Shown here one piece after another: positions 58,042 to 64,000 of a DNA stretch of 64,000 nucleotides (position 1 is its first letter; each line of letters starts with the position of its first letter). The notes below the pieces were generated by a model. That model did not search any database. It was not told where the DNA came from and saw only the letters and a list, made by a program, of their open reading frames with translations. The position numbers were made by a program, and so were the translations under genes. Origin of the DNA: a virus; IMG/VR virus record IMGVR_UViG_3300046779_002065, positions 64,276 to 128,275 of that record, one strand, 5' to 3'.

Positions 58042-58356
58042 TTAATCTGTCAACCCCAGGTTTTTGTTAATCATGTCCTCTTCTTCCTGGCTGACTTCTG
58101 CCTTCCATTTTCCAACAGGACATTCACTTGCAAGTGATCTAGTTTTCCAGCCGAGTTTGCAACCACACTTAGCGCAGCAGGGTTGTGTTCCGGGAACCAG
58201 GCAGTTACCGCCTTTGGTATCCAGGTGCTCACACCCTTCACACACGTTCATGCGTGCTTCAGCAATGATTTCTACATCCTGACGACTGAAGATGCTGTTC
58301 TTGATTCCCTCAAGAATGTTACCTTTCTCTTTCCAGATAGTGATTAGTGATTTCAT
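58042..58356 (-). CDS. Cys-rich metal-binding protein
   Basis: R..VCEGC...C...CCAKCGC...KTR.....CPVGKW. Confidence 0.7.
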   Translation of the reverse strand: MKSLITIWKEKGNILEGIKNSIFSRQDVEIIAEARMNVCEGCEHLDTKGGNCLVPGTQPCCAKCGCKLGWKTRSLASECPVGKWKAEVSQEEEDMINKNLGLTD

Positions 58357-58718
58357 AAGTATTTAGATTCTTTGAAAGTCTTTTTGTTGTCTTTTTCTTC
58401 CTCTAGCAACTCTTGCATATTTTGCAAGTTTTGATAATCGTGCTCCTTGTCTTTAAGGATTGCATAACTACTGGTGGAGTTTTGAGGAAGGAGGTATTGA
58501 ATGTATTTACTCAGTTCTTTAATGCGTTTGTCCAGACTCCATGGTTTAACGGTAAAGGTTCCCAGGTTTGGGACCATCACCCTTGGGTGGTCCAGCGTTC
58601 CCAGCTTCTCCCGGATGAAGGACCAATATGCACGCAACATTTTGTCTGACTGTTCAGCAGTCAATCCATGCTTGTGTGCTACAGGTGATATGATGTCCTT
58701 TACTCTGGTAGGTTTCAT
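58353..58718 (-). CDS. HU/IHF-like DNA-binding protein
   Basis: IISPVAHKHGLT...RVMVPNLGTFTVK. Confidence 0.65.
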   Translation of the reverse strand: MKPTRVKDIISPVAHKHGLTAEQSDKMLRAYWSFIREKLGTLDHPRVMVPNLGTFTVKPWSLDKRIKELSKYIQYLLPQNSTSSYAILKDKEHDYQNLQNMQELLEEEKDNKKTFKESKYL

Positions 58719-59101
58719 GGTTCCACACTTAAAAACTGGTAGTCAAGTAAAATAGCACCACTGTCTGAGCGTATCAGTTCAGGAGTGACCATCACTTGTT
58801 TCTTACCTTTCTTTTGTTTGATCATCAAGCCGCGTTTTTCAAGCTTGACAACCCGGTTACGTACGTTTTGCGAACGCTTAGGGAGATCATAAGGGTCTAC
58901 ATCGGTGTAGATATGGTTGGCAGCTTTCTCACAGAAGGCTGTCAAATCCATAGGACCCCACAATGCAAGCAACGTGAGGAACTCCAGATCACTGGGGATC
59001 ACGTGTTCCTTGCGTAGAAACGCAATCTCCATAAGCAACTGACACCGCAACATGTCCTGTCGCGATACCCTTAGCTTTTTTGAGATCTTCGTTACCTGCA
59101 T
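58715..59101 (-). CDS. Winged-helix DNA-binding protein
   Basis: SQNVRNRVVKLEKRGLMIK is a wHTH recognition helix plus wing. Confidence 0.6.
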   Translation of the reverse strand: MQVTKISKKLRVSRQDMLRCQLLMEIAFLRKEHVIPSDLEFLTLLALWGPMDLTAFCEKAANHIYTDVDPYDLPKRSQNVRNRVVKLEKRGLMIKQKKGKKQVMVTPELIRSDSGAILLDYQFLSVEP

Positions 59102-59137
59102 CGGTGTTGGTTTATGGGTCCTGTGTTGGTTTTTCTA

Positions 59138-59218
59138 TTACTTTTCTTCATCATGTCCAAGCACAAGTGCTAGTACAACAAATAGAACGACTACCAGAGG
59201 TGTATACTCAAGAGACAC
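59138..59218 (-). CDS. Possible 26-aa single-pass membrane microprotein
   Basis: GTG start, MSLEYTPLVVVLFVVLALVLGHDEEK*, filling the gap between two genes. Confidence 0.35.
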   Translation of the reverse strand: MSLEYTPLVVVLFVVLALVLGHDEEK

Positions 59219-59456
59219 TTTCTTCAGTGGTTGAAGCATCTTCCTGCTCCTGTTGGTTTACTGGAGATTTTGCTGCCGGAGGGTTGGTGAAATAGGCATA
59301 CTTAGCAACTGCTTCAATGCGTTTGGTTTCTTCTTCCTGGATTTCTCTGCGGAGGATAGCATATTTTAATTGGTACTCCAACAAAGTGATCTGTTCCTTG
59401 TAGTGAGCAACCATCTCCGCGACGGTTGGGATCTTTTTTTCTGATTCAGTAGTCAT
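59208..59456 (-). CDS. Hypothetical coiled-coil protein, first gene of the leftward unit
   Basis: 82 aa with an AAAAACC-ATG leader. Confidence 0.65.
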   Translation of the reverse strand: MTTESEKKIPTVAEMVAHYKEQITLLEYQLKYAILRREIQEEETKRIEAVAKYAYFTNPPAAKSPVNQQEQEDASTTEESVS

Positions 59457-59541
59457 GGTTTTTGTAAGGTCTACAATACAAATCTACAAAAAAAGTTTAA
59501 ACTCTACAAATTTAACCTTAAAGTTCTTTAAATTTGTAGTT
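59457..59541. promoter_or_regulatory. Divergent promoter region
   Basis: Inverted repeat CTACAAATTTAA (59504-59515) / TTAAATTTGTAG (59528-59539); each arm gives an outward-facing TAAATTTG matching the Bacteroidota TAnnTTTG -7 box. A further TAGATTTG lies on the minus strand at 59479-59486. Confidence 0.65.
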
Positions 59542-59931
59542 ATGGAAAAGGTAGACCAATTACTATTCGTACCTGCTGCAAGTGGGACGATTCTGGAGAG
59601 CCTGCACGGACACTGTCCAAAGTGCGGTGATAACTTACAAGGTCCTGATGTAAAGACTTATTTTATTGAGGACTTGATTAACAGAAAATATGAGGGGGAT
59701 GTGCATGCAGAAGCAGAGAGACTTGCCGCATTATACGGCTGGACAAAAGAAGCTCCGGTACATTTTAGCAACATTATAGGGATTGCCCTGCCGGGTAGTC
59801 CCGATGATTTTATACTACACCAGTGTCCAACTTGCGAGACGACCTGGGATAAATTCACCAAACGCGAAGGAACCTATGAAATTCCTGGTCCCGAAGTACC
59901 TAAAATATCTACAGAAGATGTCCAAGAATAA
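59542..59931 (+). CDS. Zinc-ribbon protein
   Basis: CPKC...CPTC. Likely start MEKVDQ at 59542. Confidence 0.65.
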   Translation: MEKVDQLLFVPAASGTILESLHGHCPKCGDNLQGPDVKTYFIEDLINRKYEGDVHAEAERLAALYGWTKEAPVHFSNIIGIALPGSPDDFILHQCPTCETTWDKFTKREGTYEIPGPEVPKISTEDVQE

Positions 59932-60445
59932 GTTTATTGATTTTTACACAGAGCATGATACCATCTATCAACTCTGTCAGTTGATCTACAACCGCAGCCG
60001 GGAGAACTTTACCCCTTCCAATACGGTGATCTTAAATGTCAGTCCGGATTACTCCAGCATTTTTGCGATGCGCCTGGCGCACTACATGAGTGCAGAAGGA
60101 GAAGTGATGGAGATGGTTAACGTGGACGTTCCATATCCCGATGAGCTGGACATGGTTTACAAGCAGGAGTTTTATTTAACTCTTAGAAATTTAAAACGTC
60201 GGTTTAAGAAGTTCATCCTGTGTGAAGCAGCGGTGCTGACGGGTAAGAACTACACCTGGATGGTAGAGATGATGGTTGCTGAAGGGATCCAACCTGAAGA
60301 CATCATGACCACGGCATTGTTCCAACGTCATGACAGCATTTTTGATACGCAGTATGTGGGTCAGCTGTTCCAGGAGGACATGATTGAATTTCACTGGGAG
60401 AAGTATAACAAGCACTGGGATGAGCAACGTACAGAAAAAGATTAA
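59918..60445 (+). CDS. Phosphoribosyltransferase-fold protein (degenerate PRPP loop)
   Basis: KKFILCEAAVLTGKNY resembles VLIVDDxxxTG; C-terminal YVG...IEFHWE. Likely start at 59918. Confidence 0.55.
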   Translation: MSKNKFIDFYTEHDTIYQLCQLIYNRSRENFTPSNTVILNVSPDYSSIFAMRLAHYMSAEGEVMEMVNVDVPYPDELDMVYKQEFYLTLRNLKRRFKKFILCEAAVLTGKNYTWMVEMMVAEGIQPEDIMTTALFQRHDSIFDTQYVGQLFQEDMIEFHWEKYNKHWDEQRTEKD

Positions 60446-60842
60446 ACCGGTGTTTGCCTGGGCATGTGCAGAGATATACAAGCAGAATCTTTGGATATCG
60501 ATTGGACAGAGCGACAAGCAGTTTTACAATTCTTTGATGAAGAATGTGATGAACCTGTCTAAAGAAGAAGCACAGGAAGTTGTCCTTGAAATGAAACAAC
60601 GCACGTCTCGTCACCATGGATTGTTCATGGGTAGTCAGGGGTTGCACCTGATCCGACTGTATATACCTGCAGACATGAATAACCCATCTTTTCATGGGGT
60701 ATTGGCACATGAAGTGCTGCACGCTACTTGTCACCTACTCCGGGAAAGAGGTATGGAATTGTGTGAAGAAAGCGAAGAAGCATACACCTACCTCAATGAC
60801 TTCTTCATTACCAAAATTTATAGCGCATTAGTAAAAAAATGA
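60420..60842 (+). CDS. Zincin-like HExxH metallopeptidase
   Basis: LAHEVLHA...EEAYTY. Confidence 0.7.
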   Translation: MSNVQKKIKPVFAWACAEIYKQNLWISIGQSDKQFYNSLMKNVMNLSKEEAQEVVLEMKQRTSRHHGLFMGSQGLHLIRLYIPADMNNPSFHGVLAHEVLHATCHLLRERGMELCEESEEAYTYLNDFFITKIYSALVKK

Positions 60843-61252
60843 AATTATTATCTACACATCCCGTCAAGAAACTTGATTTAGGGTTTCATGGAAATCTTTT
60901 TGGCGGACAATTATTATCCTGGATTGATGCTGCTGCCGCAGCATACGCAATGGAGTACTGTCACTCCAAGAACATGGTCACGATTGCCATTGACAAGTGT
61001 GTCTTCAAGAAACCTGCAAAAGAAGGTAACCTGGTAAAGATCTACGCTGAGATGGTAAAGATTGGCACCACCAGCTGCATCTTTGAAGTGCAGGCACGCG
61101 TGTACAATGTATTCACCGGAGAGGAAACACCTATCTTAACCACCAACATCAGCTTTGTACGTATCGATGATGAGGGAGGACCCATTCCGATCAGTGACCA
61201 GGTACGTCGGAATTTTCAAGCATTAATGGACAAAAAGGAGGTTACTGAATGA
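60839..61252 (+). CDS. Acyl-CoA thioesterase (HotDog, YciA-like)
   Basis: HGNLFGGQLLSWIDAAA...VTIAID...FKKP...GTTS...FVRID..G.P. Confidence 0.9.
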   Translation: MKLLSTHPVKKLDLGFHGNLFGGQLLSWIDAAAAAYAMEYCHSKNMVTIAIDKCVFKKPAKEGNLVKIYAEMVKIGTTSCIFEVQARVYNVFTGEETPILTTNISFVRIDDEGGPIPISDQVRRNFQALMDKKEVTE

Positions 61253-61662
61253 AACATGCAACATTATACATGGACCTGGCAACCCGTATTTCTCATGAAT
61301 CAAAATGCACCCGGTTGAATGTGGGTGCTGTAATTGTGAAAGAGAAAAACATCATAGCGTTCGGCTGGAACGGAATGCCTACCGGATTTCCCAATGCTTG
61401 TGAAGTGGACAACGTTACCAACCCCGAAGTGATCCATGCCGAAGCAAACGCAATCCTCAAAGCTGCCCGATCTACGGAGTCAACAGAGGGAGCAACTTTG
61501 TTCTGCACGCATAGCTGTTGTGTGGAGTGCGCCAAGATGATCATCCAGTCCGGGATAAGCAAGTTCATCTACCAGACTCAGTATCGAGACGACGCTGGGT
61601 TGAGATTACTTCATCGTGCTGGTATTGAAGTGGAGCAATTTGACCCACCCTGTATCCTTTAA
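61249..61662 (+). CDS. dCMP deaminase
   Basis: VGAVIV, GWNG, HAEANA and CVECAK. Confidence 0.92.
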   Translation: MKHATLYMDLATRISHESKCTRLNVGAVIVKEKNIIAFGWNGMPTGFPNACEVDNVTNPEVIHAEANAILKAARSTESTEGATLFCTHSCCVECAKMIIQSGISKFIYQTQYRDDAGLRLLHRAGIEVEQFDPPCIL

Positions 61663-61685
61663 AAATACTACCCCTATAGTTACTC

Positions 61686-61712
61686 AACCCCTGGTACCCC
61701 CGGGGGTTTTTT
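61686..61712 (+). terminator. Intrinsic terminator
   Basis: AACCCCTGG-TACCC-CCGGGGGTT followed by T4. Confidence 0.7.
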
Positions 61713-61886
61713 ATGTCCCCCCTGGTATCCGGTACAGCATGAATGGTCACTGGAATGTTATGGGTGAGAGAGGGGTAGTACCACCTAGGTGACTGCGTCC
61801 CCCTCGGAGTATGCTAGACCCCACCCCCCGTGTTTTGCTACTACGCTTCGCTGCGTAGCTGCAACAACGGTGTGTGTGCGTCAACT

Positions 61887-61916
61887 AAAAACATCAGGCT
61901 GCGCCGTGATGTTTTT
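61887..61916 (+). promoter_or_regulatory. Candidate hairpin early promoter 1
   Basis: AAAAACATCA-GGC-TGC-GCC-G-TGATGTTTTT. Confidence 0.6.
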
Positions 61917-61967
61917 TGGGTAGATAGTATGACATCGTCATATCTACACATTTAAATAGTATTAGAC

Positions 61968-62351
61968 ATGAGTACAATCAAATTGAAAGCGACATTCGAG
62001 CGCACGACGAAAACCGGTTACCTTTACACCGTATCATCATTTAGCCGCGATGCTAAGACAGCACAAGCGGACATGGATTTCTTTCACGAGAACTACACCG
62101 AGTTGAGCACAACTGGTTCGCGTGCTGAAGGGTGCTTCTATTCGGACGAATTATTTCCGAAGAAGTTCGGATCAGCGACGTTGACCTACGATGAGAACAC
62201 TAAGACGGGTAAATCGTACTGGAACATCAATGCTCCGGATGCATTACTCGAAGAGGCAGCGATTCACAAGATGCTGAATCGTAACTCGAACCGTAGTGCT
62301 GCGCCTGTTCGCAAGCAAGCCGAGATCGAGCAAGACGCTGACCTCGATTAA
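61968..62351 (+). CDS. Early protein, possibly SSB-like
   Basis: 127 aa, beta- and aromatic-rich, with an acidic tail EIEQDADLD. Confidence 0.55.
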   Translation: MSTIKLKATFERTTKTGYLYTVSSFSRDAKTAQADMDFFHENYTELSTTGSRAEGCFYSDELFPKKFGSATLTYDENTKTGKSYWNINAPDALLEEAAIHKMLNRNSNRSAAPVRKQAEIEQDADLD

Positions 62352-62358
62352 TTAGAAC

Positions 62359-62388
62359 GCACTCTCCTTCGGGGGAGTGCTTCTTTTT
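62359..62388 (+). terminator. Intrinsic terminator
   Basis: GCACTCTCC-TTCG-GGGGAGTGC-TTCTTTTT. Confidence 0.85.
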
Positions 62389-62419
62389 CTCTCATGCTAT
62401 TACTACCTAACTAAGACCT

Positions 62420-62653
62420 ATGAAAACAATGATAACATACTTCGGAAAGGCACTACTTCTCATCGTAGTACCAGTAACATTTTGCTTAATCTTAGTAATT
62501 GGTTTCAGTGCATTGATTGCATTCGTTGACCAATTCGATAAGAACACAGTATTCGTTGACACATTCAGAGAGATGATGAAACATGGTTTCATCTGGATAG
62601 TGTCAATATTTGCTACACTAGGTTTCACTGCACTCTTTTTCTCTGAGCATTAA
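62420..62653 (+). CDS. Two-TM membrane protein
   Basis: 77 aa with two hydrophobic segments. Confidence 0.65.
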   Translation: MKTMITYFGKALLLIVVPVTFCLILVIGFSALIAFVDQFDKNTVFVDTFREMMKHGFIWIVSIFATLGFTALFFSEH

Positions 62654-62695
62654 GAGTTGCAGTGCAACAGCGTTAAACTATTAACGCTTTCATGG

Positions 62696-62719
62696 GAAGC
62701 AAGGCTGCGCCGTTGCTTC
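62696..62719 (+). promoter_or_regulatory. Candidate hairpin early promoter 2
   Basis: GAAGCAA-GGC-TGC-GCC-G-TTGCTTC. Confidence 0.6.
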
Positions 62720-62765
62720 ACCTAAAAAATATAACATGGTTATAGTCACACCTATATGTTATACT

Positions 62766-63092
62766 ATGAAACCTACAGATATCTACACATCAAAACCGTA
62801 CTTTACTGGCAAAGAATTAGGTATAAGTAAATACCTAATCATATCTCATGATAGTTTCAGTTTTATCAGCAATGATTGCAGTAACAACTTATACGTAACA
62901 ACATCACGTAGTTATCACTATGAGGACATGAAAACTTCTTATGCTGAAGTAGTGCATGCTTATGTTACTAAATCCTGGGATGATTTCTGTCTATACATAG
63001 ATGAACTCTTAGAGATTCATGCACATGATGAAATTGCATACATCATGCAACGTGAGTACGAAGACTATTACGCGGATCAGGACGATGATTAA
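62766..63092 (+). CDS. Hypothetical early protein
   Basis: Likely start MKPTDI at 62766; acidic C-terminus. Confidence 0.6.
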   Translation: MKPTDIYTSKPYFTGKELGISKYLIISHDSFSFISNDCSNNLYVTTSRSYHYEDMKTSYAEVVHAYVTKSWDDFCLYIDELLEIHAHDEIAYIMQREYEDYYADQDDD

Positions 63093-63096
63093 CCAC

Positions 63097-63131
63097 AGCA
63101 CAGAGAACAATCTCTCTGTGCTTTTTCTTTT
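63097..63131 (+). terminator. Intrinsic terminator
   Basis: AGCACAGAGA-ACAATC-TCTCTGTGCT-TTTTCTTTT. Confidence 0.85.
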
Positions 63132-63134
63132 CAT

Positions 63135-63160
63135 TGAAGCAAAGCTGCGCTGTTGCTTCA
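63135..63160 (+). promoter_or_regulatory. Candidate hairpin early promoter 3
   Basis: TGAAGCAA-AGC-TGC-GCT-G-TTGCTTCA. Confidence 0.6.
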
Positions 63161-63212
63161 CTTGAATATAGAGTATTGCATAGTCATAGTCACACAATTA
63201 AAAAGCAGAAAC

Positions 63213-63737
63213 ATGGAAAAACTTATTCAATTCGCATTAGCGACCAAATTTGGTGAAGACAACGTTAATTTTATCATGCAAGTTATCACAGCAACTCCAA
63301 GTCCTGAAGTTGCTACTGAAATACTATTAGGACTTTATGAGAGACCTGAAATTGATCGCACAGATGAAGTATTACATTATGCAGGTGACGATAAGACTAA
63401 CATTCGTTACAGCATGTATGATGACTTCACCAAAGAGGTTCATTTCTCTTACCAAAGAATTATTAAAAGTTCTGCATGGTTTGAGAAGAATCCTTCAGGA
63501 GTGGTTATCACTTCTGAAGAGAAAATCATCAGCGACAAGTATTGGGCAGAGGATGCTGCACGAGTATTGAAGATGAGCACTGAAGATTTCAATGAGAAAT
63601 ACGAACGTCTCGTATATCACACTGAAGTTGAGAAGCACGCTCGCAATGCTACTAAATCTGTTACTGATTGGAACGAGTACGTTCAGAAGTGCGAGACATT
63701 CTCACACGTTGAGGTAACAGGCGGCGTCATGCTTTAA
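63213..63737 (+). CDS. Hypothetical early protein
   Basis: Likely start MEKLIQ at 63213 after an A-rich leader. Confidence 0.65.
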   Translation: MEKLIQFALATKFGEDNVNFIMQVITATPSPEVATEILLGLYERPEIDRTDEVLHYAGDDKTNIRYSMYDDFTKEVHFSYQRIIKSSAWFEKNPSGVVITSEEKIISDKYWAEDAARVLKMSTEDFNEKYERLVYHTEVEKHARNATKSVTDWNEYVQKCETFSHVEVTGGVML

Positions 63738-63742
63738 CACCG

Positions 63743-63773
63743 AACAGAGAGGGTAACACCTCTCTGTTTTCTT
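63743..63773 (+). terminator. Intrinsic terminator
   Basis: AACAGAGAGG-GTAACA-CCTCTCTGTT-TTCTT. Confidence 0.8.
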
Positions 63774-64000
63774 CTTCGCTTTCACACAATGGTCTCGCTT
63801 CGCTCGGGTTTATTTCCACGGTGCAAACAAGTTTGCTAACCGTGGTCCAGCACAGCTTTCTCCAGCATCGATTTCCCCAGCACCGTTGTCCGGGTACGCA
63901 GCGCGTACGGGTCCGAAGTCGATCCTTGTCCGTCCAACGGAGTACGCTTCGGTTACTTGTCGCGGCAGCGCATCGTCGGAGTTCTCTCCAGGAGAAGTAA

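Noticed and set aside
57365-58137. Plus-strand ORFs 57365-57658, 57504-57836 and 57940-58137
   Set aside because: They overlap tRNA-Thr and the tmRNA on the opposite strand.
473-59000. Many plus-strand ORFs of 60-180 aa
   Set aside because: They are antisense shadows of long minus-strand genes and show no recognisable motifs.
1-64000. Stop-codon reassignment, as seen in some crAss-like phages
   Set aside because: Genes up to 12 kb are intact and densely packed under code 11, and no suppressor tRNA is present.

Overview
The window is a 64 kb piece of a crAss-like phage genome (Crassvirales). The host is probably a Bacteroidota member, inferred from the lack of Shine-Dalgarno sites, TAnnTTTG-like boxes and the tmRNA style. 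Standard code 11 gives intact genes. From ~59.5 kb down to base 1 the minus strand carries the late/virion module: small DNA-binding proteins, a tmRNA, three tRNAs, an anti-defence island (Acb2/Tad1-like, GroES, Tad2/DUF2829), a PD-(D/E)XK nuclease, terminase, portal, major capsid, ring/tail/muzzle proteins, GG-punctuated cargo proteins and a 4019-aa virion RNA polymerase with a C-terminal RNase H fusion. A plus-strand operon (59.5-61.7 kb) encodes a PRTase-like protein, an HExxH protein, an acyl-CoA thioesterase and a dCMP deaminase. From 61.9 kb an early-type region begins, with short genes separated by terminators. The strongest leads are: (1) covarying GCGCAGC triloop hairpins ahead of early genes, resembling N4 vRNAP promoters; (2) the RNase H fused to the vRNAP; (3) an anticodon-less tRNA mimic behind the capsid gene; (4) a recurrent AAACCAAC leader with two terminator-linked antisense copies; (5) the sponge/tRNA/tmRNA island. 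All family calls come from motif recognition by eye; no database search or folding program was run.
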